From positions 8,509 to 72,508 of the forward strand of contig JANNWY010000033.1 in assembly GCA_031409335.1 (NCBI GenBank): a DNA stretch of 64,000 nt, in the 5' to 3' direction. Positions 30,501-38,162 of the stretch are shown here, in pieces. Under the pieces are notes generated by a model that saw only the letters and a list, made by a program, of their open reading frames with translations, was not told where the DNA came from and made no database searches. Positions within the stretch are counted from its first letter, which is position 1; every line of letters begins with the position of its first letter. Origin of the DNA: Chthoniobacteraceae bacterium. Its GTDB lineage: Bacteria > Verrucomicrobiota > Verrucomicrobiia > Chthoniobacterales > Chthoniobacteraceae. The position numbers and the translations under genes were made by a program.

Positions 30501-33500
30501 TCGACGTTGCCGCGGGCCGCGATGTGCAACTGCGCAACCAGTTCGCAACGATCTACACGGCGGGCGTGCGGCTTCCGTATGCGAATACGATCATCGGGGA
30601 AAACGAGGTGCGGCTGATGAGCCTCTTTTCGGCGAACGACTTCGCGGTGCCGCTGGTGGAGCAAAGCACTTCGCACGTTTCGCAAGGTTCGATCCTTGGA
30701 CAGTTCCAGCAGGCATACGCAGCGCAATATGGCATGGCTGGCGGAGACGTGACGCTCTTTGCGCAACAGGACATCGGTCGGTTCACACTGTTTAATGGCG
30801 AGATCCGCGCAGACTCCTCGCGCCAGCTTCCAAACAACTGGCTGTATCGCCGGGGCTTTGTGGATCCGGCGACGGGCACGTTTGGCGCGGGTGGCATCGG
30901 GGTCTCGTCGGATCTGTCGGCTTCGACGACGTGGTGGGTCGATTTCAGTAATTTCTTCCAAGGCTTCGGGGCGTTGAGCGGCGGCAATGTTGCCATGTTT
31001 GCCGGGCGCGACCTCATCAATGCGGATGCGGTGGCGGCGACAAACGCGCGGATGGCAGGGCGCGATGGAGCGACTGGCAGCTTGCTCGCGCCGGATGCCA
31101 GCAAGCTGTTGGAACTCGGTGGCGGCGACGTGAGGGTGGGCGCGGGAAAGAATATCGACGGCGGCGTCTATTATGTGGAGCGCGGCGTGGGTAGCTTGGT
31201 CGCGGGGGGTGAGATTACGACCAACAGCGCCCGCTCGCCCTCGCTTGGATTCCTGGGGCAGTCGTTCAGCAATATCGAAGTTGTCCAGAGCGGCTCGCCG
31301 TCGGTTTTCGATCCGCTAACCTGGCTGCCGACGACGCTCTTCGTCGGTAAGTCCCGCTTCGATGTCAGTGCTGCTGGCGACGTGCTACTCGGGCCGGTGA
31401 CGAATCCGTTCTTTCTGCCGCAAGGCGGCAACAACAAGTTCTGGAATAAGACTTACTTTAATACCTATTCGGACAATGCTGGCGTTTCGGTGGCCTCCTT
31501 TGGTGGGAGCGTGACGCATCGGATGGCGGTGACGCTACCCGGTAGCGGCAGTGCCACGGCAACGTTGCAAGCATGGATCTCCCAGCAGAACGTTTTGACT
31601 TCGGAGAACGCTTCGTTCTACGAACCGTGGATTCGCCTGGCTGAGGGAAACACCAGTAACTTCAGCACGATCGCCACCGTGGGCGCGCCATCGCTTCAGA
31701 GCACGGCCTTTGCGGGAAATATCAATCTCGTCGGCGATCTCAACCTTTTCCCGTCCTCGAAAGGTGGGCTCGAACTGATCGCAGCGGAGGGCGTTATCGG
31801 ATTGCAACCCTCGGGTAGAACCTACGCGCAAGTCGGTGCCAGCCGCCTGCCGGTCACAGCGTGGATTAGCGCCTCGGTCAATGTCTCGGATGCCGATCCG
31901 GCTGGCCTGCCGGGGATCGCATCCCCTCTCGCGTATCGCGCGCTGGCGGGGAGTTCAGAGAATGCGCTCCGGGACAATATCGTCAATCCGTTTGCTGGCA
32001 TCGACCCATCCTTCCTGGAGACGGGCTCTTTCACCGGATTCGCGGCAAGTGCGGAGTCGCAGCGGGCGCTGCACGCGACCAGCCCGTTGCATGCGGGCGA
32101 TCGCGCGCCCGTCCGGCTTTATGCGCTGGATGGGGACATCACGGCCATCACGCTCTTTGCGCCGAAGGCGAGCCAAATCGCGGCGTCGAACGACATCACG
32201 GACATCGCGTTTTATCTCCAGAATACGCAATCGGAGAGTATCTCGTTTGTTGCCGCCGGGCGCGACATTGTCGGATTCAACGAGAACAGCAGGCTGCGAT
32301 CGGTCGCCCGCGATCTCGCCCAGGGAAACACCGTGGTTCCTTCGGTGCTCTCCAAGTCTCCGCTCACCGTGGTGGGGACGAGGAGTGCTTCACTGGCGGG
32401 TGACATCCAGATCAATGGACTGGGCGTGCTGGAAGTGCTGGCGGGTGGAGATCTCGATCTCGGGACTGGCGCTAACCTAAGGGATGGCACGGGCACCGGC
32501 TTCACCAGTATTGGCAATTCCCGGAACCCATTTCTGCCATTCGGCGGGGCGGACATCATTGTCATGGCCGGTGTGCCTGGGCCGGGAGGTGAAGGACCAG
32601 CTCTGGGTCTCCGCGATAGCTCCCTTGATTTTGAAGCATTCATTACTTCATCGAAAATCGCGGACAGTAAGTTGGATTCCGCCTATCTGGATAAACTCGA
32701 GTTCACGGGAGCATTCCAGTCGCTTACAAACGAGCAGCAGGCGATCGTTGCCTTGGAAGTGTTCTATCGCAAATTGCGCGATGCCGGACGCGGTTCCGCC
32801 ACCACCGGCAACTACGATCCTGGATTTGCGGCGGTTGACACCCTGTTTGGGCAGGCGCAGAACGCAGGCGAAATCTTCACCCGCACGCGCGACATCCGCA
32901 CGAGCGTCGGCGGGGCGATTTCGATCGCTGCACCAGGCGGCGGGTTCACCATGGCTTCCGACATTTTTGGCAATCCGCTGACGCCGCCTGGCATTGTCAG
33001 CGAGTTCGGCGGAACGCTTTCCATTTTCACGGATGAAAGCGTGAATATCGGTCAGGCTCGCATCTTCACGCTGCGCGGAGGCGACATCGTCATCTGGTCA
33101 TCCAAAGGCGACATCGCGGCAGGCAGCGCTCCGAAGACCGTCGTGACGGCGCCGCCCACGCGGGTGCTCGTCGATTCAAACAGTGCGGATGTGCAGACGG
33201 ACTTGGGCGGCCTGGCGACTGGCGGCGGCATCGGCGTCCTGGCTTCAGTGGAGGGCATCATGCCTGGCAACGTGGACCTTATCGCGCCCGGAGGCTTTGT
33301 GGATGCGGGCGACGCTGGCATCCGCGCCACGGGGAATCTGAGCATCGCCGCAGTGGCAGTGCTCAACGCGTCGAACATTTCCGTTTCTGGAAGCTCAAGC
33401 GGCGTGCCGAGCGCACCCACCGTCGCGGCCCCGAACATCGGCGGATTGACCGCAGCCTCAAACACCGCCGCGGCCAGCACCAGCTCCGCTCAGGATCTTG

Positions 33501-33595
33501 CGAAAAAGCAGGTTCCCGCGGCACCGGTCAAAGAAGAAGACCCATCAATCATCACCGTCGAAGTGATCGGCTATGGTGGAGGCGAAGGCTCTTAG
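21584..33595 (+). CDS. Giant filamentous haemagglutinin-family TpsA with C-terminal DUF3739 (~4000 aa)
   Basis: TPS domain (LSWQTFNIG, PSQILG, VINQNGIIFG), beta-helical repeats, and C-terminal GGDIVIWSS.GDI.AG...DAGDAGIR. Start moved from 21473 to avoid overlap. Confidence 0.92.
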   Translation: MKLRRLTRSGGPMRDGPALRNHRASTTTAIGVAAALAASLMAEAGDILRGGAPAATRQGNAGFGNNPAPTAQARANAKDVLSRTTEAVQAVKGMQAAARNAAIQGPNNLGLNPNKPGVQLPNVPNGLTTGGLQVGNTKLWRGATLPTQSVANVRTKVAIKQTKPQALLSWQTFNIGKETTLSFDQSAGGDNQGQWIAFNKVNDPSGVPSQILGSIEGLGQVYVINQNGIIFGGSSQINLHTLVASSLLINDGLIARGLLNNPDAHFLFSNLPIASGKNGTPAFNPVVTDPAFSVDPLNPTRTVSQVVASDGKTPAAPIQFRVSVTRPGTGAATLSPTADYTLATNAAGKSVVTFTPDGLVKVAGGSVKISYTPAAIKSGDVTVQKGAILASPVNDAGNGGRVMLVGPNVENAGTILTPAGQTILAAGLQVGVAAHASNDPSLRGLDVWVGAVGSDTGKATNRGLIDAPTGSISMVGRFVNQLGAAESATSVSLNGRIDLRASYGAVGNPNFTDSTLPFVFQKTGVVTFGEGSVTRILPDYLSERTVPGTTLPESSQINVDGLAIHFSRNSMMLAPSGNIRLSAGLWPYRDVNGDRTTLGSDGLVESGLSTHLAGGEQRFLFDSGQIYLDSSSFINVAGTTDVNVPLSQSLLDVEFRGSEFADAPLQRDRLLRGAGLTVDIRRTGTFDGRFWMGTSLGDVTGLAGLIQRNAAQLTAAGGSVNVQAGGSIVIRDGAAIDVSGGFFQHEGGMVRTTRLLQGGRLIDIADARPDQLYDGTFTGISTFEHPKYGITETFTIPWMRNERFEEGFVEGASGGTLALTAPGMALDGALLGLTVAGPRQRTDRAPHSQLTLAFEAERLYGPALPQVDTIRYSPTPPTVRLTPGATQTAPGAFVLNGDAPAALAAGRLKLVTLSPDLFTGQGFGHLSIANPDGTVVVPEGVSVAAPAKGSLSLSGSNITIRGAVSAAGGDLKFRVFNLSPSFVDEFRRLRNLTPQADPRPNRDRGFFTLAETGRLEASGLIADDRVNIPSALARPLVLAGGSISIEAFSTQLMVGSTIDVSGGAGISTRGRVTYGNGGSISILTGRDLSLTSVTGGRFGPGAVLSGYSGATGGSLSLRAMLIQIGGRAQFANTLVLEPALFQQGGFTAYSLTGIGRDSTTKPETGAPETYAPAISVAPGTVVRPIAENWMAVPNPPGSGETVLRPFTNQVGVRSPVSMSFAALGSDDSFSTDILEARGDIVLRAGSLIETDPGGGITLGGDTVSIMGSLTAPGGTIAIRGRAVFPLAPLVEGSTLSALPTVSIGPKARISTAGTTVLLPDAFGRRTGTVSRGGVITVFGNIVAESEATLDVSGSFASFDLSPSALGHVGSPIVPANSGVTAPLWTLGSETTRIDSAGGLIEIEGSQLLLSDATLLGSAGGPTATGGTLSVHSGRFYPRSGGNIAVSVRSTDINLVITQRGNVIPDTGITGIGRPVLSESGAPIRGFGRFAIERFSRGGFDSLELGAKFLETSTFPVGGNLQFRGPVAIEARGYLRLAAGGVLQADSSVGLRASYISIGQPFRAPINPNDPVAVFQQSPAGGGVQDLAFAPTFGSGSLKLQAGLVDIGNLSLQKIGRAVVDSSGDIRGNGTVAIRGDLTLRAAQLYPTSLSTFNLFAYDPELGSGSIVIRGGGASAVPLSVGANLNVFASSIIQDGVLRAPVGSITLGWDGKTDFDPIDSDIDGPTDPISKNVLPVAVADRVTLGAQSFTSVSATNSTLGTAVLLPYGLSPDGFSWIDPRGVNVTTGGVPEKRVVIAGESVTTRRGAVVDIGGGGDLYAYRWVPGTGGNIDRLGTASSAWSASTPYQSGDLVLFNGQTWSARVASLDKRPTIGLSWSRVGESFAVIPDFAAPFAPYNPFNSGGNATSLQGDPGYIFTANPVGDRVRTSLLSVGRVNAGMRIGDRIYLDSTPGMDAGFYTLLPRRYALMPGAFLVTPLDGSPLGSFALPDGANLASGYRLDAFSQTGEIPALRSRFEIASSAVTLARSKFENYLGNTFFSDAAKRLEIERPQQTPIDGGYLSYHGNSAIFLLGDVRAASAHGGRGAMVDVSSFADLYIIGGRGAAPAGARAVVEVERLNSWGVESLLIGGLRQRTATGTIVDVRTNGLTLNNAGITLGAPEVVLASRSALTVGAGSALVSTGALSQPADLLLPGNDGALVRVSGDLNAASNRTGLPATSTPLLTIGAGARIGGRSATLDSTAGSLFDPSAVLNARALTLGSGQISILLDQPSAGLTGSLVEQHLTISGKLLQDVQQANSLTLRSYRTIDTYGSGTFGSPALDTLTLFAAGVRGYDQGPGTATFEVGNLVLGNPSNVVPIEAPAVVSGSLRVAANTIRLGANNFAAGGYENVEFNAAGGVLGRSAGAFTTPGNLTINTPLITGVRGATQAVTAGGALVLNRTDGAVAVRGGLGSSFTFTGTTVLADTNIQLPSGEIVLRAMTGDVVVGGQLNVAGTRQEFYDLTRYSNAGRILITSDQGDVKLAAGSLLSVASAGFGKAGSISINAASGEFLNEGKLNLLGQASSDANSGTFLLDVLSAGTYANVNDPLQAGGFFNERNIRIRTGSVTIDGITRARDFSLSADEGAITVTGTIDASGRTGGQIILVSGSSLTLESNARLTVQAGEFNSAGKGGSIRLEAGAAIDGTANEFALLDIKDNATINLGVDSYVAGAYTDAKASAFRGRFQGTLHLRAPRVGNDIGVGPIGGDVSGASSILVEGFRVYDRTLEGTLDNALRDTIHFEAQSYMDDGYDTMLAKLVGANASLSPLLVLAPGVEIISRTGDLVLGTDVDDYTNDWDLSGFRYGPKQAPGVLTIRAVGNVEFKNALSDGFRGDFSPNDFGEFPPPGQELWLRPLMDISATLPVNTQSWSYRLVAGSDLSAADFRRLKPLDTLADGKGSVLVGKFYAPNLVSGTEATTAAAIDNRFQVIRTGAGNIDVAAGRDVQLRNQFATIYTAGVRLPYANTIIGENEVRLMSLFSANDFAVPLVEQSTSHVSQGSILGQFQQAYAAQYGMAGGDVTLFAQQDIGRFTLFNGEIRADSSRQLPNNWLYRRGFVDPATGTFGAGGIGVSSDLSASTTWWVDFSNFFQGFGALSGGNVAMFAGRDLINADAVAATNARMAGRDGATGSLLAPDASKLLELGGGDVRVGAGKNIDGGVYYVERGVGSLVAGGEITTNSARSPSLGFLGQSFSNIEVVQSGSPSVFDPLTWLPTTLFVGKSRFDVSAAGDVLLGPVTNPFFLPQGGNNKFWNKTYFNTYSDNAGVSVASFGGSVTHRMAVTLPGSGSATATLQAWISQQNVLTSENASFYEPWIRLAEGNTSNFSTIATVGAPSLQSTAFAGNINLVGDLNLFPSSKGGLELIAAEGVIGLQPSGRTYAQVGASRLPVTAWISASVNVSDADPAGLPGIASPLAYRALAGSSENALRDNIVNPFAGIDPSFLETGSFTGFAASAESQRALHATSPLHAGDRAPVRLYALDGDITAITLFAPKASQIAASNDITDIAFYLQNTQSESISFVAAGRDIVGFNENSRLRSVARDLAQGNTVVPSVLSKSPLTVVGTRSASLAGDIQINGLGVLEVLAGGDLDLGTGANLRDGTGTGFTSIGNSRNPFLPFGGADIIVMAGVPGPGGEGPALGLRDSSLDFEAFITSSKIADSKLDSAYLDKLEFTGAFQSLTNEQQAIVALEVFYRKLRDAGRGSATTGNYDPGFAAVDTLFGQAQNAGEIFTRTRDIRTSVGGAISIAAPGGGFTMASDIFGNPLTPPGIVSEFGGTLSIFTDESVNIGQARIFTLRGGDIVIWSSKGDIAAGSAPKTVVTAPPTRVLVDSNSADVQTDLGGLATGGGIGVLASVEGIMPGNVDLIAPGGFVDAGDAGIRATGNLSIAAVAVLNASNISVSGSSSGVPSAPTVAAPNIGGLTAASNTAAASTSSAQDLAKKQVPAAPVKEEDPSIITVEVIGYGGGEGS

Positions 33596-33610
33596 CGAAA
33601 TCCACATGCA

Positions 33611-34627
33611 ATGATACTATCCGATCCATCCAGATGGCTTCACAGTTCGTGCTTACGCACGTCGCAGTATGATTTCCCGTCTTTGAGGTTCCGAGTTTCA
33701 CATCGAAAGGACATCAGGAACATCACCGTCAACTGGCCAAGGGCTAGCAGCCTCATCTTCGCGAGCCTGCTGGTCCTCTGCACTTCCGCGCTGCATGCCC
33801 GGTCGGTGGACGAGGCAAAAAGGCTGCAAGAACTCACAACGGCGGCGGACGTGGGTGACGCCGAGGCTGAATACAGCCTTGCCCGCTTCCTTCTGACTTC
33901 CGAGGGCGATGCTGACGACAAGACCAAGGCGCTCGACTTGATGCGCAAGGCTGCCGGGAAAGGCCACGCCGATGCCATCGGAGGAGTCGGTTACTTTTAC
34001 TCCGTTGGCGTCGGAGTCGCATTGGACGAAGCGCAGGCAGTCGAGTGGTTTCGCAAGGGTGCCGACAAGGGCTCCGCCAAGGCGCAACTGAATTTGGGGT
34101 TGATGATCGCGAATGGAAAAGGAGTGCCGAAAGATGAGGCGGAGGGTCTGCGTCTCATCGACATCGCAGCCAACAAGGGCCAGCGGGACGCGCTCTATTC
34201 CCAAGCCGAGACTTACTTTTACGGGCAGTTCGGGCGGGGGATGGACTATGGGAAAGCGCGTGCCGGTTTTCAGAAAGCCGCCGAAGCGGGACACGCGGGC
34301 GCGCAGAATAATCTGGGTGCCATCTTGCGGGACGGGCTGGGGGCTGAAAAGGATGAGTCGGCAGCCATCGGTTGGTTCCGAAGGGCGGCGGAGCAGGGGT
34401 TTGCCAAGGCGCAGAGCAACCTTGGGCATCTTCTCGGCGTCAATGTCGAGGATCGCGCACGAAGGCTGGAGGCATTGAAATGGACAATGCTCGCATCCGA
34501 CCGGGGCGAGATCACTGCGGTGAAAACAATCGAGGAACTAACGCCTAACGCGCGTCCTGAAGATTTAATCGAGGCCCGAAAAATGGCTCGCCTGTTTCAA
34601 GCGAAACGCGAGGGCGACGGGCGGTAG
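33611..34627 (+). CDS. SEL1-like repeat protein
   Basis: Repeated A..WFRKAA..G...AQ.NLG....G.G. Start uncertain. Confidence 0.9.
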   Translation: MILSDPSRWLHSSCLRTSQYDFPSLRFRVSHRKDIRNITVNWPRASSLIFASLLVLCTSALHARSVDEAKRLQELTTAADVGDAEAEYSLARFLLTSEGDADDKTKALDLMRKAAGKGHADAIGGVGYFYSVGVGVALDEAQAVEWFRKGADKGSAKAQLNLGLMIANGKGVPKDEAEGLRLIDIAANKGQRDALYSQAETYFYGQFGRGMDYGKARAGFQKAAEAGHAGAQNNLGAILRDGLGAEKDESAAIGWFRRAAEQGFAKAQSNLGHLLGVNVEDRARRLEALKWTMLASDRGEITAVKTIEELTPNARPEDLIEARKMARLFQAKREGDGR

Positions 34628-34635
34628 GAGTCGCC

Positions 34636-35274
34636 TTACTGTGCTGTTTCGCTCGCGTCTTCCGGGGACGAAGGCTGGTCCAGCGCGTTGATCGCAGTTT
34701 CCATGCTCTTCTGCAGGTAGGCCGAATCTCCGAAAACGATCCGATAAATCGAGTCCGCCTGTTCCTGCTCGGCAGTCCAGACTTGCGCGAGATCCTCGTC
34801 GGCGAGGGTCGCCGCGGCGTCGTTGATGCGGGCGACGAACTGATCCGAGATTTCTTGCAAAGCACTGGCTTGCGCTGGCGACAGTGCGTCGTCCGATGCG
34901 GCAAAGGCGACAGGCGCGCGGACACCGGCGCTTAGTTCGAGCACGAGGTCTGGAGTGGAGGTGGCACTCGCGCGCCGGGCTGCGGGGGGTTGCGGTTGTG
35001 TGAAAACGGTAATGCGGCGCAGGCGCGGATGGGTGGGTTCGGGCAGGCTGTCCGTCTCTTCGGCGAATGCGGATACCTGCTCGCTGACCTCCAGGTTTTC
35101 TCCGGGAGTGGTCGCTGCCATTTCAGCGGAGATGCTGGGTGGGAGCGAGGTCGCGTGGTGATCGGTCGAGGTCGATGTGGCTGCGCTCGCGGAATGATCG
35201 GAGCGACCGAGATCTGAGAATGTTAGGATTGCCAACACCAAAACGGCGACTGCACAGAGGACTAGTTTATTCAT
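34636..35274 (-). CDS. Hypothetical exported or membrane-anchored protein
   Basis: N-terminal hydrophobic segment, low-complexity linker, helical C-domain. Confidence 0.6.
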   Translation of the reverse strand: MNKLVLCAVAVLVLAILTFSDLGRSDHSASAATSTSTDHHATSLPPSISAEMAATTPGENLEVSEQVSAFAEETDSLPEPTHPRLRRITVFTQPQPPAARRASATSTPDLVLELSAGVRAPVAFAASDDALSPAQASALQEISDQFVARINDAAATLADEDLAQVWTAEQEQADSIYRIVFGDSAYLQKSMETAINALDQPSSPEDASETAQ

Positions 35275-35322
35275 CGGTTCAATTTGGAGTTGCATTCTTA
35301 TCCGAGTGTTGGCGGTGGGGCT

Positions 35323-35361
35323 AAAATGGAAACTGGCGCCGGGGATGAACCCGGCGCCAGT
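35323..35361 (-). terminator. Stem-loop/terminator after the PstS-like gene
   Basis: ACTGGCGCCGGG/CCCGGCGCCAGT 12-bp stem followed by TTTCCATTTT on the minus strand. Confidence 0.7.
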
Positions 35362-35416
35362 CCCGAACGGTCAACCCATGCCTGATGGCGCGTGGCAGGC
35401 CGGTAATAGCATTCGA

Positions 35417-36799
35417 TTAGGGGACGGTGACGGTCGAGCCGTCGTTGCCGCGCGTTGCGACCATCGCCGTAAGGGCGACACCGGAATTCGCGAGGCCGCC
35501 TGGAATGCTGGCGACGATTCCGCCAGCACCATAGACGATCGTGTTCTGATCGGTCGAGAGTGTGCCGCGGTTGAAGAGGCGCTCGTAGCTCCAAACGGTG
35601 TATTGACCGTTGGTCACCTTAAAGCGATCGGCAGGCAGGAGGCCCGTCGGATCAACTGTCGTGGAGACCGGCGTGATTTTCACGCCGTTGTAGCTCAGGA
35701 CATCGCCGCCGCCGGCGATGACACCGACGCCGTCGTTGGTTCCGACAAACCCGATAACGGATATCGCTCGTGGGTTTCCGACGGAGGTTCCAACGTAGCT
35801 GCCGGTGCTGCCGAGGTCCGTTCCTGTTGGTCCGAGCACTCGAACGGAGCTGGTATCAAGCTGCAGCAGGATTGAGACGTTGCCGCCGCTGAAGTAGCCG
35901 CCATTGCCAGTCGTCAGCGGATTCCACAGAACCGAATTGTTGTTCGCGTCCTGTGCATCATTCGAAGGCCAGAGTTGGAGGAAGTTGGCGACATCTAAGG
36001 TCGATCCGGCAGAGGTGACACCGTTGAAACCATTGGCACCCAGCTTGAACTGGTTGATAAGTGTGGAGACACCGACAGCGGGTTCGATCATGTAAACTGC
36101 GCGGGTTCCGGAACCGTCATTGCGGCCCGTAGCCAACACGCGACCAGTGGTGTCCGCAGCGAGGCCGGTGAAGGTGCTGAGCGGCACGCCACGGTTATTT
36201 GCCAGAACGGCTCTCCAGCTTTGTCCCGTGACGTTTGTGAGGTTCACGGAAGAACCCTGGCTTTTGCAGAACACGAAGGTGACGACACCCACGCGGGAAT
36301 CCGCTGGTGAAAGGACAGGAGTTCTGAAGGGGCTGCTGGTCTGCTGCACGTCCGAGAAGGCGAGGTCGGGCTTCTGCGCCACGTTCGCACCCACCGGGTT
36401 CGAGTTTTGGTTCAGGTTCACGAAGTTGGCCGCGCCGGCGCTTGCCGGGATGCTGGCATCGGGATAATAGAACACGTCATTCGGCGTGCCGGGAATCGTG
36501 GTGCCCACGAGATCGCGGATGCCTTCAGTGGAACCCGAGAAGCGGCAGCGGATGATGGTGTCGCCGACCGTGGTGAAGTTCCCACGGAAGGAGATCGCGT
36601 TCGCTCCGATGTAGTTGGTGTTGCTGGAGTTTGAGTGAACGATGCGCACTGCGCCCACCCCGCCGTAAGCGGCGACGATGGAATTGATCGTGGCAGTACG
36701 GAACGCGGTGGCTCCCGTGATGTTGATGACCGTCTGCGCTTGCGCGGAGGCGGCAATGAGAGTCGCAAAAGCGGCTCCGAGGATGAGTTTGGATTTCAT
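35417..36799 (-). CDS. Secreted PstS/DING-like phosphate-binding-fold protein
   Basis: Signal peptide; ITGATAF, GSTEG, AFSDV, GRNDGSGTR and GQYTVWSYE motifs in PstS order. Confidence 0.7.
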   Translation of the reverse strand: MKSKLILGAAFATLIAASAQAQTVINITGATAFRTATINSIVAAYGGVGAVRIVHSNSSNTNYIGANAISFRGNFTTVGDTIIRCRFSGSTEGIRDLVGTTIPGTPNDVFYYPDASIPASAGAANFVNLNQNSNPVGANVAQKPDLAFSDVQQTSSPFRTPVLSPADSRVGVVTFVFCKSQGSSVNLTNVTGQSWRAVLANNRGVPLSTFTGLAADTTGRVLATGRNDGSGTRAVYMIEPAVGVSTLINQFKLGANGFNGVTSAGSTLDVANFLQLWPSNDAQDANNNSVLWNPLTTGNGGYFSGGNVSILLQLDTSSVRVLGPTGTDLGSTGSYVGTSVGNPRAISVIGFVGTNDGVGVIAGGGDVLSYNGVKITPVSTTVDPTGLLPADRFKVTNGQYTVWSYERLFNRGTLSTDQNTIVYGAGGIVASIPGGLANSGVALTAMVATRGNDGSTVTVP

Positions 36800-36859
36800 T
36801 GTGAACTGATTTTTTAGTTTGCGGGTAGGTGACTTACTTGTTGATGCCGAGGGATATGA

Positions 36860-37714
36860 TTAAGCAACGCGGCGGCGGCGGGAGGCGAGGCCAGCGAGGC
36901 CCACGCCGATGAGGAGAGCGGTGGAGGGCTCGGGAACCACGAGGGAGATGGAACCGGCGTTGTCGATCACGACGGTGCCTTCAAACGTTCCAACTGCCGT
37001 GGGTTCGCCGAAGCCAAACTGCCCGGGAATGTTGTTGAACCCCTGGATCCGATAGAGATCCACGGCTGCTTCAGCATTGACTCCGCCAAGGACGCCAAAA
37101 ATGCCATTGCCGAAAGGCACCTGGACACCCGAGGCAAACTCATTGAAGGCCAGGCCATTGGCTGGATTCTGATCGTTCCAATCGACAAAGTTCGCGTCCC
37201 TCGCGATCAGCGCGAAGTTGGAACTTGCGAGAGTCTCGAAGGAATTGACGCTGCCGAAGATGCCATTGGCCGCGGATTGCACGCCGCCGTTTGGATTCAA
37301 CGTGTAGCCGCCGGACGCTGCCACACCTGCCGAACCGACCGACTGCCGGGGAGCGCTCGCATAGACCGTGAGATCCGGGTCGCCGTTGACGAAGAAGCCG
37401 TTGAACTCGTCGTTGCTGCCGACCGTGGCAGCGCCGAAAAAGAGGTCCGTGCGATTAAACCAGTTCGTTCCAAACTGTGTGGTCAGGACAGCGCCAACAT
37501 CGATGATGTTGAGGAGGCTGCCCGCAGCGTCGCGCAGAACTCCGGCGTTACCGAGGTTTGCGAGGACAAATCTGTCACTGCCTGCGCCGGTGGCTTGGAT
37601 GCCGACAATCAGGTCGCCAAACTCGTAACCGGGATTTTGAGCTAGTGCGGATGCGGAGAGAATCCCTCCCACGAGCGCACTCGCGAGGGCTGGGAATTTC
37701 GTTGTTTTATTCAT
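36860..37714 (-). CDS. PEP-CTERM surface protein
   Basis: Signal peptide; VPEPSTALLIGVGLAGLASRRRR. Confidence 0.9.
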   Translation of the reverse strand: MNKTTKFPALASALVGGILSASALAQNPGYEFGDLIVGIQATGAGSDRFVLANLGNAGVLRDAAGSLLNIIDVGAVLTTQFGTNWFNRTDLFFGAATVGSNDEFNGFFVNGDPDLTVYASAPRQSVGSAGVAASGGYTLNPNGGVQSAANGIFGSVNSFETLASSNFALIARDANFVDWNDQNPANGLAFNEFASGVQVPFGNGIFGVLGGVNAEAAVDLYRIQGFNNIPGQFGFGEPTAVGTFEGTVVIDNAGSISLVVPEPSTALLIGVGLAGLASRRRRVA

Positions 37715-37854
37715 TTTTGATGTGTCTTATTGGTGGAGTATTTTCTGTGCTTGCGATTTACTTTGGTTCGACTGAATTGGGCCAACGCTCAGGGGGGATT
37801 TGGATCCCGGTTCGCTGACTTGTTTGAAACCTCCATCACGCTCACGGCGGCTTG

Positions 37855-37883
37855 ATGACTTTAATGTCACGTTTTTGTGACGA
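37855..37883 (-). promoter_or_regulatory. Pho-box-like triple repeat upstream of the PEP-CTERM/PstS-like operon
   Basis: Minus strand TCGTCAC-aaaa-ACGTGAC-atta-AAGTCAT, 11-bp period. Confidence 0.55.
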
Positions 37884-38054
37884 ATCTCGATTTGGTCACC
37901 ACGGTGGGGCACCGGCGATGTTGCCACGTTCGTGCGGGCCGTTTTTTGCGAAGCGCGACGCCCAGATCTTTCGCAGCCGCGCACGCGAGCGATAGCCCGC
38001 CGGGGCATGGCTGCCTTTCTTACCAAAGTCATAGGGCGTGGGTGATTCGCGTGA

Positions 38055-38094
38055 ATGTCATCACATTGTCACTCTGGCGACACGATTCCGACAC
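38055..38094 (+). promoter_or_regulatory. Pho-box-like quadruple repeat upstream of the response regulator
   Basis: ATGTCAT-caca-TTGTCAC-tctg-GCGACAC-gatt-CCGACAC, 11-bp period. Confidence 0.75.
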
Positions 38095-38162
38095 AAGGGC
38101 GTGTTTCATTTATCCCTAAGCCTGCCGGATTCTCCGGGAGGTGCTGCCAATCGTTCTGAACC

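Noticed and set aside
21584..34627. CDI toxin/immunity pair (CdiA-CdiI)
   Set aside because: The TpsA ends in a DUF3739-type region with no VENN/pre-toxin motif or toxin domain, and the downstream gene is a SEL1 protein.
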